Shown here: one piece after another, positions 48,541 through 59,670 of the stretch
Numbering within the stretch: position 1 is the first letter of the stretch
Layout: every line of letters starts with the position of its first letter
Assembly (NCBI GenBank): GCA_964187785.1
Contig: OZ076419.1
Span: forward strand, 9,486,001-9,550,000
DNA from: Amphiscolops sp. MND2022
Taxonomy: Eukaryota
Length of the DNA stretch: 64,000 bases
Direction of reading: 5' to 3'
The notes under the pieces: generated by a model
Told to the model about the DNA's origin: nothing
The model's database searches: none
Seen by the model: only the letters and a program-made list of their open reading frames with translations
Translations under genes and position numbers: made by a program

Positions 48541-50679
48541 GGGAACCCTGAGAACAAAACAAATCAAGGACGGTTCATTTTTGAAATAGAAAATGTTTGA
48601 GAATGCATCAGAAATTTATGTTGAACTCCTCGATGATGAAAATTCTTTGATGGTTAAAATCAATTTAGGATAATCAAAATCAAGAAATTGATTACTATTA
48701 AAATGAAAAAAAATCCAGGACAGTTTATTTTTCAAAACAGAAAAATGTTTGAGAATGGGTCAGAAATTTTTGTAAAACTCTGATGAAAATTCTTAGATCA
48801 ATAAAATCAATTTATGGTAATCAAATTAAAAAAATTGAACAATTGGATTGCTTACGTTTTTTCGCTGTTTCACAGTCAGATGCTGCAGGTACAGTGCATC
48901 GTGATGAACTGGGTTGAGGTTGAGAGCTTTTCTCCATTGTAGACTGAAATATAAATTTTGAACACTCAGAACAACCCATAAATGACCCAAGTATCTATTT
49001 AATGAATTAGAGTCGAGTTAAAAGTCTCACAAGCGACCAGAGTCTCCGAAAAATAATTTTATTGGAAAAACAAGTTTTCATGATAGGATCACTGAAAATG
49101 TGGCAACTAGGACACTTATCAGATTGTCCTGGTTTCCACGGAATTCATCGTTAAAATCGAATTGCTCTGAGAACGAATGCGGAAAATAGGACCATATCTT
49201 TATACACATGTCGTGGAAACCAAATACATATCTTAAAACATTGCGGAATTTCACTCAAAGGGGTATACCCAGGTTTTTTTTCAGAAAAAAGCCATGGTTT
49301 GTTTAAACTTCAAGATGCTGTTTTTGCAATTAAATATAATAATAAAAACACTTGAATACAAACCAGAATCCTTCAATTTTAAATGTATTTCCAGAGTGAC
49401 AGTTCTTAATTGAGATACAAACTTTGTTCACACTATTTTAAAAAACGACTCTTTTCCCTCCCCTCTCCACGCACTTTTTAAAGAAGAGTTTTCACAAAAA
49501 ATCTTCAAAAATGGCTTTACCTCCATTTGTTTTAAAATAGGGCCATAAATTATTTATATTTCATCGCAAAAATGAAACTTATTTATTCTCAGACAGAGGT
49601 CACGGATGTAACTTATATAACGTACTTCAAATCTTTCAATATACTTTTGGTGCCAATTGAAATGGAAAACAAACAAAGCCCGTGATCAAAGATTCTATTT
49701 GTTAGAAAAGGAGAAAAACCCCCGCAAATTTTTCTGAGAAAGTAGTAGATCTATTAACTTTTATTATTATTATTCTTATTCTTATTATTGAAATGAAACT
49801 AAGTTTGTGAATGTTTGATTCTTACTGCAGACCTACGAGAGTCTTAAACTGAAAGCCCATTTGATATGAAAGCCCAACCAAATTAATTATTGGAACCAAA
49901 TTTTTCAAGATTGACCCGTTCTTGGAACAAAAAGTTAAAAAAACGACCCACTATTGGAACCAAATTTTTGAAGAAGGACTCGTGATTGGACTCATTTTTT
50001 TAAAATAACAACCCACGATTGGAACCAAATTTTTGAAAAAAGTTGAAGATTTTAATGAAGCAACTTAGTTCTGAACACAACTTACCGCTGAAAGTTTGAA
50101 GGTTTGAATGACAATTCCTCTGCCCAGGTTTGCTTGATTTGTAAGCTTGATACGCGACGCTGAATTTCTTGATACGCGCCGCTGAATAGCCAATAGGAAT
50201 CAACCGTTATTTGAATTTCTTGCTTTTTACATGTACTCGTATCATGCATGATACGCGACGCTGATCTTTTATCTTCTGAACATATATAAAATGAAATGAA
50301 TTTATAAATGTTTTATATAAAAATTAAAATATAAATTATATAAATATATCAATATATAAATATATATAAAACAAATATATAAATGACCCAAAATTGGAAC
50401 CAAATTTAAATAATTTCAAAAGTCTAAGTATTGAATACCCCCCACATACAAACAAATTATATACACATACACCCACATATACAATTATTCGATCTCAACT
50501 TTATTCTGTAATTTGTGAAATGAATACATTTGTGAAGAAAAATCCTATGGTAAAAACTCAACAATACTGATTATATTTGAAATTTTGTTTTCCAAGAAAT
50601 TTCGATTTTATGGGAAACCGTGTTTGCAAACGTTCATTTAGCAAACAATTATTGCGTCCATACTGTCAGTTAGGTAAAT

Positions 50680-51048
50680 TAGTTTGATTCAGAGATAAAA
50701 GGAAAATAGCCGACACTTCTACGGATTCTGAGATCAAGTTGAGGATTAAGTTTTTGTGGATTCTAGGACACCAAAATTTCAAGCAATTTGATTGGTTCAC
50801 AAAATTGTTGTGGAATCCGGGACCATGAAATGCGGAAAGTAAGACAAAAAGTTGCCGACAGCTCTGCGGCACAGCTAATGTTTTAAGTATTTGTTATTGG
50901 ATTCCACAGAATTGCGTTGACGCTGTCTCGGTTTCCACAAAACTAGTGGAAAGTAATCAATTTTGCACGTTTAAAAACATGTCTGTGGAATCTAAGGGGT
51001 TACACGCTCAGAAATGTGTTTGTAGAAATTTAGCTTGTCTATGCACTG
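50680..51048 (-). repeat. Right subterminal GYGGAA repeats and right TIR
   Basis: ttgtggaatcc, tgcggaaagtaag, gattccacag, gtttccacaa, gtggaaagt and ctgtggaatct, followed by AGCTTGTCTATGCACTG. Confidence 0.85.
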
Positions 51049-51139
51049 TAATGTTTATTGCGGATCCTCGACTTCGGCAGATGTTCTTCCACATCTTCAA
51101 TGAAGGCAGATGATCATCAACATCTTCACTATATCGTCA

Positions 51140-51245
51140 CTGCTGGTCACCCATCTTCACTGGTCACTTCAACGTCACTTCTGGTCAACTGCTGGTCACT
51201 GGTCAACACTCGCCCAACGTCAACTTCCACATACTGGTCACTGCT
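51140..51245. repeat. Short CTGGTCA-motif cluster
   Basis: About six ctggtca(c/a) units just outside the right TIR. Confidence 0.6.
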
Positions 51246-51488
51246 CAAACCCGTCTTCTTTCGTCATACTCAATACTCAATGTGTTTCAAACTTGAACTG
51301 AATGCTTGGACTATGAAAAAGAATCAGATTTTTTCAACCTTATAATCCAAATTCTAACCATATTACTTATTTAGAACACTAAAATTTGTAATTTTATTTA
51401 GCGATTGTAATCCAATTATTCATCATTCAATTGTACTCTCACAATGACTCACCTAATAGTGCTATATTAATCGCGTAATAAATCTATT

Positions 51489-52371
51489 GTCGTAACCATC
51501 ATCATCACTTTGTTCGAAATCTACTAGATTCTCCCTACGGTGATTATTCTGGTTACTGGAAGTTGCGATTAATTTAGGAAAGTTGTCACCTGAGTCCTGG
51601 ACCTGTTGGCAAAATTCACTTTTATGCCGTCCATGTGACTCAAGGTCTGGATGTTGAGTCATTTGGGTGTTTCTATCTGGATGCCGTCCATCTGACCGAA
51701 GGTCCCATTTTGTGTTTTTAGCTTCCCTATTGCTCATAATTACGTTTTCAATGCTTGGCAATATCCTTTCTTCAATTGCTGAGTTTATAACCTCCAAAAT
51801 TTGAGAATTCAAGTCTGATTTCATTTCCTCTATTCTCCTTGACATTTGTGAGTCATTTGAAATTTCTGAGTTTATCATTCTACTAGTCTCAACGGTAATT
51901 TCACTGTTTTCACTCAAATTAGTGTTTAGGAGTGATCTATAGTTTGGCTCATTTTGGTCCAAGGCCTGTTGCCGTCTTTCTGACTCGGGGTCAATCCCTA
52001 TCTGATCAATGGCTTCTTGATCTCTATTTTCACTATTGGTATAATTTCCCAACATTACGTCTAAATTTTCAATATCTGACATTACGTCAGAGTGTCTGGA
52101 GCGTTTCTCTTTTGCCTTTTGCTTTCTAGTTGAAGGCATATCGATAAAGAATTTCGGATTTCAACAATGAATTGAATATCGCGGTAATGTGAACAGTGTG
52201 ATTGTAAGTGTATTGAATGAATCCTCTCTTATTGGAAACATACATATATATACCAACTACTGCATGACGCTCAATATTTAGGGTGTCATTTATCAAAAAT
52301 AGTCATGATGTCATTGTCTAAAATAGCATCTTCTAAAAATAGACTAATAGGGTCAAATTAACCTTACGACA
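51489..52371 (-). repeat. LTR (883 bp), probable 3' LTR of the Gypsy element extending beyond 64000
   Basis: Inverted termini TGTCGTAA (51489) and TTACGACA (52371). Contains the start of a gag-like ORF (MPSTRKQKAK...DDDGYD) that ends at the LTR edge. An A-rich tract lies upstream on the minus strand. Confidence 0.7.
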
Positions 52372-52900
52372 TTTGCTTTATTAACTATAAATAGCAACAA
52401 CAACAATTTGATTCTAATAGCTACATATATATGCGATAGCAACAATATATGCGTTCAAAATGATATTAAGCTAAATGGACCAATGGTCATTGTGGCGGCA
52501 GTATAATACTGGTTACTGCAATGTGATTGGTCAAAAGTAGTTCGGAAACGCGTCAACTTGACGCCAACGCTGTACCAGTTGAACGCGTTTCCTGTATACT
52601 GTCAGCTTACAGCATCAATTGATTTATCATTAATCCAACTTTGTCAATAGCAACAAACAATTTACTACAGGTCTGTGTGAAATACTAGTTCACAACAGGT
52701 AAGGTTTATCGTGAGTAATGCTACTTGTCATTTATGACGGTAAAAATACAAGTAGGCGTTTGCCGTCGGGCTGACCTTAGGTCACAATTCATAAAGTAAA
52801 TGCGCACAGTGACTAAATTAAGCAACGAAACAGTAAGATATTGACATGTATAGTAAAATAATGGTATTCGTGAATGTTTTAATTGAGTTCTGAGTTCTAC

Positions 52901-53898
52901 CTATATTGGGAGGACACCTGGGCCGGGAACGTTTGAGTCATCTTCAGGGGTGATCTGATATAGTAGACCGTCGCAGGCGGCAGCCTCCGACACTCCCCTG
53001 GGGATGAGAATGAAGGATCCCGCCTTCATTCCGGCTTCGAAGGCGTCTCTTTTTGCAAGCCTCGTTTCGTAGGATTCACCTGCAACGTGTGTACGTTCTA
53101 AGTAGCCAAGTGTAATTTCCTCTTTGATCGCAGCGTAGTCTTTCCCGCACACTACACATCCCGTGTAATAGACATCATTTGGATGCCCCTAAGTCCTACT
53201 GATGCTTATTGCCAATCCCGTAATGTGAGGGTTGTTAATCCAATTGTCATCTTGAGGTGGCAAGTGGGTTTCTCGCGCATCAACATAAGCTGGTCTCTGG
53301 TCAATTAATGGAGGAGACAGAGGGGATTCTAAGATTGGGTTGAATTGGCTACACTGGGCTATTGGGTGATCACTAGCAGATTGCCCATAATATGTGGGGG
53401 GTGGATTCCCAACGAACCAATCAATCAATGAATTCGAGGGTTCTGTAAACGTACTCACTGATTCAGTGGGTTCACTGATGGGCAAGTTAAGATCGATGAG
53501 ACATTCAGTTAGCTCGGTTGTCATGGCCCTTCCTGCCGCTAATTGTGAAGGGAATTCAGTATTGTATCGGTAGCAAGCCAAAACTTGTATATCGTCGTCC
53601 TCGCCGGTAGCATCTAGAATATCGTCAGCGGAATTTATGGAGTCGACGTCCATATCTTCATCTGATGACTGGTAGCTTAAATCTACTAGCGATCTGGGAA
53701 GTAATTCACAGTTGAATTGTAGAGCCATCTCATCGTTGTATCGATTGAGGAATATCCTTTTCGCAATTTTGCTAGCTTGAATTCTAGGCGACTAATTTTC
53801 AGAACGATAGGATGAGAAGTAAACTTTTGCCGTCCGCCTGACTTTAGGTCCAACCCCAATTTTGGCGGGAATACGGCGCGGGGTTTCTCCCAAATCAT
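52901..53898 (-). pseudogene. Accessory ORF of unknown function upstream of the 3' LTR
   Basis: ORFs 53189-53728 and 52901-53152 are in one frame, separated by a single TAG. 53686-53898 overlaps by frameshift. Acidic middle region and a CVVC motif. Confidence 0.5.
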
Positions 53899-54378
53899 AG
53901 TTTCAACTTTTTCCTTTTTAGGTTTTGATTAAGAGTAGAGTCTCAAATAATTTTCGAGCAATTTATCTGCGAAGCTTGTTAATAGCCTCCTCAAGTTGTT
54001 TTACGTTATTCTTCAAAGGCGTCACTTGACAATTTAGGTGTCGTTCCTCTTAATTCTCTGTCAACAATTAACTTGAAAGACCGTCGGTCCGTGTGACGGC
54101 AATAATGATGACAACCAATCAGGTGACGCTAATTTGAATGAAGAAACGTGGTGAAAGTTTTCCTAAATGTGAAATGAAGTAATTAATTTGATGCGTTTTA
54201 GGGAAGAATAGTGAAATAAAATAACAGGGAAGTCCATGAACATTTCACTGGCAGGCTCCATATCATGGAATAGTAATGAGGAAATCTAACTAGTGCAGAT
54301 GAGGAGATGGTAACAAGAGAACGTTTTATATGTAGCCACGACGTCCAGTTGGTAAGAATAACAACAGTCATAATATTA

Positions 54379-54400
54379 CTAATAATAATAATAGTAATAA

Positions 54401-54440
<40 letters not shown>
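54379..54440. repeat. (AAT)n microsatellite
   Basis: About 20 imperfect AAT units. Confidence 0.95.
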
Positions 54441-54442
<2 letters not shown>

Positions 54443-55163
54443 ACAAAATAGAGTAATAAAAGACTAAGTTGTGGCGTTAACTTGACAGTACGAATTAGTA
54501 ATTAGTCAGTAGTGTGATAAAGAGTATGGGAAGTAGAATAAAAGTACATTTGGTAACAAGTAATATCTTGCCGTCAGGATGACTCATAGTCAAATTTGCT
54601 CGCGGTGGTTGAACTAGTAATACGTTGCCGTCAGGTTGACGCTGAGTCCACTACCTTGTGCTGCTGTATTAGAACCTTCCACTTATATCAATTGTTTTCT
54701 CGTGAAGTATCACTTGAGCTAGACTGTATTACCCAGTGATCAGGAAAGTCTCTCTGACCTCGAGTTACACTTTTATAGGGTCACCATACCAGAATTTTCA
54801 ACTTTTCGCCAATCGAGACATTCGAATTGTTTATCGATTCTAATTTGAATTCTCATTTACTTATTCCTCCTTTAGTACAATCTTCGCCATACAAAAGATC
54901 TTACTACACGTCACGTCCGTTCAGACACAAAATTCTGTGGGAAGGATTTTAACAACATTCCGCTTTTCTCCATCGTGAAAGGATATTTGGAGTAGTGTTG
55001 CCAACTCAAATAACTCTCTTCTACTTCAACATACAGCAATTGGGGCACATCAATTTTGCTGATCAAATATGGATTCAACATCAGGTTGGTTCTTTTTTAA
55101 AGTGTTAAAATTAGGCTTGATCAGGGCTCGTAATTTTAACTAAGTTACTTCCTCCATCGTGAA

Positions 55164-58100
55164 ATGTTTGCTGTCAGCATGAACACTAAGTCAAAGAACT
55201 TCCGGAAGAAATTTAAATGCGGTAAGATGGATTCATATTCAGGAAGTGAACCGCGATTATTTATCTCATTCCGTTTAGGTAATGAGTCGAACGGCCAACC
55301 TCTCCAAGTTGCTGCTGACGAAGAGAAAATGGATGCTAGCGATTCGTTTGTCACTGCTGTCTCCAATGTTGGGAATCCTCCTCCAACAGGGGCCAATACT
55401 TGCGGTCTACCTGAGTCTGAAGTCAATGCCACTAGCCTTGAAGGAGTGATAGAAGTAACTGCAATGAGTATTGAGGAACGTGAGACGGTCACTGACGCGT
55501 TGCAAGCCAATGAAACACTGGATCCCTCAGTTGAGGTAGCACAAGGGTCTTCAGCCGTTGAACCCAGTACTGCAACCACTCCAGACATTGCTGCCGGGCC
55601 TCCCAACATTGAGAGTAGTAGCACCGACGAGAGCTGTGGCGCATACATCGCCAGGAAATGGGAGCAATTGGGCACTTCACAAGAACCGTGTACCTCCAGT
55701 CAAGTTGACGGCAAGGACGCTAAGTATAGTGAAAGCGTGATGATGGAATTAATACCTGGACAGCGTCCCACAGACTACGAAGAGGCTGACAATGACTCTG
55801 TGTCTGAAGTGGCATTTTTGGATACCCCAAAGCTACCACCAAAAAGCAATTTGAAGTCTCTGTATAGACCTACTGAGGCTAAGGTTCAAAAACTCTGCGT
55901 TAAAATGGGAGATACGAGAAGAGAACATTCCATATCTGACTATGAGACCGAAGGACTTTCAACTTCGGAGAAGTACTCTGCCGACGAATTTGAAGATTCT
56001 GGTCAGCATGATACCGTCATCCGGGTATCACCGATTAAGTCAGGAAGCGACCGCGCTCAAGAATTAGATGGGCCGATTGGATCAACGGTAGCTGAAGCAT
56101 TGTATGCGCCTGTGCAGTCAAATATGTTCCGAGTGAGTGACGTGGCCAGTAATACATCTGCCGATTTTCCTGAGGTTATGCCACGGGTTGCTCAATTATC
56201 TGCCAGTGGACGGGCCTTAATAAAGGAATACTTTGAAGAAGCAACTCCTGTCCGTTTGCCTCCTGGGCATTCTACTCTCGCTCTCAACGAGGGACAAGTT
56301 AGCCAAATGCTAAAGGTTTTGGCTGCCGAAGCAGTGAAATCGTCCATGTAATCTGAAGGCCATGGAAAACTTAGTCCACCAAGCCAGTCGACTGAACCTT
56401 GGGCAGCAGACGTCAACCGCTTTTGGTATGCCTATGTCAAGGCGACCTTCTTCTCGAGGTAGCGATATTGGCTCCCAGTCTGGATTCTCCTCAGGCCATG
56501 CCAGTGATACTAGCGGAGCCATCAAAAGTTATGATGATTTGGGAAGCATTGGTTATGTCTATGAACACTCCGACCTAGAAAGCCTTCGGATCACTCTCCC
56601 TCCAGCAGGTCCATTCGGAAGCCGTCATGCTGACCTTGCGTCCCCAGAGGTCTCTACTCGTGTGGATAGTCCTGGAGCGCAGACCTTGGCTGGACTTAAG
56701 GCGGAAGCAGTTGCTGAGAAAGTCAGGTCAAGTTGTCGGAAAAAACAGCGCAAGGCGCCTGCCCGGTCCGGTGGGGGAAATAGACATCACGTGACTCGAG
56801 CCTGCAAAGTGATGAAGGAGGCTTATTTCAAGGGGATGGAGTGGACCAGGACATTTGTGTCCGGACCAGTAGACCCACGCTGGAACCCCTATAAATTTTA
56901 CTGCCAAGTATGTAAAGGCAACATATCCATCTACGGACGAGGCGCCAGGGAGATACTCCGTCACCACGCCACTGAACGCCATCTCAGGAAAGATCAGAGG
57001 TGGCGTTATGAACATCTCTCAACTGAAGATCCCATAACAAAGCAGGTGAAGCACTACGTTCGCGGAAAAGACGGCTGACTTCTCACTCCTTATGAACTCC
57101 AGCTGGAGTTACCCAAATTCATTGGAGTTGAACTCATTGATATCGGAGAGAAAGTGCCGTTCTACGATGAGTACTTACAAGGAACCGACTACATGGCTTC
57201 GTCATCGGAAAATCGGGTCCGAGTGCAGATTTCAGTACTTGGCAATTATTTACGAAGTTACGGAGACATCAGTACATTGAGGGAATTTTGGCGAGACATT
57301 GGAGTGGTAGTAAACCACCAGTCTCTCTTCACTGATTTCGACTGGAGTAAAGAACGTTTGTCGGTGAGTAAATTCTTCTAGTCTTCTTGACCTTGGGTCT
57401 TTCCTAGGAACGTTGTATTTATCGTTCTTTTATCGTATCATTGGTGTTTTCCAGGTTCGTTTTCACCATCTCTTCTTACAAGTGATGCGCGATGTGGCTA
57501 GTCACGTGATCGCATCGGGAGAATACTCACTGGAGTTCATCAAGCAAGGTGTCTTCCTGCTGGTTTTCGTGCGCTTCTGGAGGAAAGACGAGTTGTGCCG
57601 TGTGTTCTTAAAGCGGACCGGACGGGTGTTAGGACAGTCGTCAGCTGAGTTGGGCCTAATCAGTAACGTAATGGCTGCCGTATCCACAAGTCCCAACATT
57701 GTCTGCTGTTCAGACAGCTCATTGGAGACGATTCACCTCTTCGACAATTCACCTTACTGTGAACATGGACTGCAATGTCCATTCAGATTTGAGGACTTTT
57801 CAATAGCCCGCCTAATGCACAAGGGAAGCTACAGCGTCTTTGGGCGGATAGATTTCCATTCAGTCCTAAAGTATTTGATTGTTTTCTTGGGCGGATGCTT
57901 GGATTGTGATTGGACAATGATGACACCAATACTAGCCAAGGTTAGATCCTGTCTTGTATTCACCTAGTAGAATTACTTGTCTAATGAGCAAGGGTTAGTG
58001 TGTTACGTGACTTCAGGCCGTACGAACTTGTCAGATTGAATTGGCTACTCTGCCCACACTCTGTCAGGAACTGTTAACGAACTGGACAAAGATCACCACT

Positions 58101-59361
58101 TATTTGAATACTCACGCTCCTCCTCACGAAATGATGGGAGCTCGAAAGCAGGTAAGATACTGCCGTCACTCTGACCACTGGTCCAACAAGATCTGATTTG
58201 ATTTCCTAACTGCTGTTTCAGCCGCAGAACCTAGAAAGTGCAATGATTCACGATGAACTATTTTTGTGCCGACTTTAACTTTTCTATCGCTTGGTCAGAG
58301 ATTGTAAGTCTTGATAGTCAAACTTATGCATCAGTGTTTGGTTTTGTTTTGGGCATAATCAATGTCTCGTTTAGATACCACTAGCTTTGTGCCGCATCTT
58401 GTAGAGAGACGAGACCACGGGTTCCATGTGTACAGACAACTGTGCCAATTCTTGTTCAAACTGGGCAGGCGTTGCATTAAGCCAAAAAGCCTCCCACAAG
58501 AAAGTGACCTGTCCGGAATCCTCAACATAGCCGTGTCTGACGCCAAGGCACTAAGCGTGACTGACTTCATCGCGCGCTCCAAACTTGATCAGAGACTGAA
58601 CGTTGCATGCAAAATAAAGGCTGACAAAGAACTGAGCGACAAAAAAGGCAATCGATCCAATCTGCCTAAACTCATTAAAGAAGCCAAGGAGGAGTTCGGT
58701 CGACTTGGGCGCAGTTATGTTGCGTATCTATTTCTCGCGACCCAAAACAATTTGCAGCTGACGTCTGACATAGTGAAGGGGTTGGGATCATTTGACCTCG
58801 AAATTATGTTCCGGTCTCCCCTCAGCCAGGCCTTGTACTGCTTTAAGCAGCTCTTCCGTAGTTTCCATCTCCGTGGGTATTTTCAGGCGGACGACGAGTC
58901 TATTCTTACAGAGGAATATCTGTCATTTCTTGATGAACTAAGAAAAGAGATGCCTGATTTGGAACAACCCAGAGTCATGATTCTTGATGCTGTCTCGTAC
59001 ATTTCCAAGCATTCGGCCTTGCAGTCTCGGCCCCATCTCACTCGATTTCAAATTGAGTTGTCTCTGCCTTGATGAGAGTTATACCAGCATGCCAGTAGTG
59101 AAGTTTGATCCCGTCCGCACGGATGATCCTAAGAGCAAGCTCATAGATACCATTTTGCCAGTTCAATCGTTCTTTATCAACGAGGGACGAAGTATAGATA
59201 GCCTTACATCAGCCTCTTCAATTGCCGAATTTTTGGCCTTTGAGCCTAACTTTGGAAATTCTGCCTTTAGTGACACATATTGCCCTTGGGACAGTCTTGA
59301 TCAATTCAACCGCAATACGATCCTTGCTACTTTGAAGCCCGAGTCACAGAAAAAAAATTAG
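55164..59361 (+). pseudogene. Five-exon gene: acidic N-terminus, BED-like zinc finger, degenerate hAT-transposase-like body
   Basis: Zinc finger FYCQVCKGNISIYGRGAREILRHHATERH. Phase-consistent GT-AG introns at 57364-57454, 57941-58016, 58152-58221 and 58304-58374. Lesions: frameshift ~56349, TGA 57076, TAA ~58276, frameshift ~59050. Confidence 0.7.
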
Positions 59362-59670
59362 ACTCTCGGAAATTGAGGTTCCAAAATTTGAAGCGGGGCA
59401 ATAGATCTGAAAGCCTTCCTCCACCCAGCGCTAAGGGGTCGCCGATCAAACGTCAATCTGACAGTGAGCTGCCTACTAGTTCTAGAGTTCGATATTTTGA
59501 TAACGATTGTTAACTGTACTATATGTACTTTTGTGTTTATCTGTATTTATGTAATCTTTCGTTTGTTTGTAGTTTTGAGTTTTTCTGTTTATATAACCGT
59601 GTCATTTGTGACACCAAGGTGAAAAGACAGTCTGGGCCTAGCAAATGATTAAAGAATCACAAAAGATATG

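Larger units (their letters stand above)
33899..49270. repeat. Dispersed ~150-bp internal module, 9 copies (often with a longer ~450-bp context)
   Basis: Core ctggtttccacg...attgctctgagaacgaatgcggaaaacaagaccatatcttt...gtcgtggaaaccaaatacatatcttaaa...ttcactcaaaggggtatactc at ~33899 (partial), 35201, 37998, 38617, 42303 (inverted), 42484, 44994 (inverted), 45175 and 49117. Confidence 0.9.
32236..51048. mobile_element. Giant (18,813-bp) TIR DNA transposon with cargo genes
   Basis: 17-bp TIR CAGTGCATAGACAAGCT (32236-32252) and its reverse complement (51032-51048), each flanked by TA (alternative reading: TACAGTG termini with an AT duplication). Subterminal GYGGAA(A/T) repeats at both ends, an internal DDE transposase, and internal repeats confined to this interval. 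Confidence 0.85.

Noticed and set aside
33899-49270. CRISPR-like or integron-like array from the repeated module
   Set aside because: Repeats are ~150 bp, irregularly spaced by kilobases and partly intronic; no cas genes; the context is eukaryotic.
50280-50385. AT-only stretch as a replication origin or regulatory element
   Set aside because: Low-complexity TA-rich sequence with no specific supporting feature.
32236-51048. Polinton/Maverick or endogenous virus
   Set aside because: No protein-primed PolB, packaging ATPase, capsid or retroviral-type integrase motifs; the TIR is short and the duplication is 2 bp rather than 6 bp.
54090-55100. Additional LTR or hAT TIR (TGTGACGG at ~54092; TAGTGTTGCCAAC at ~54993)
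   Set aside because: No matching partner terminus was found in the window.
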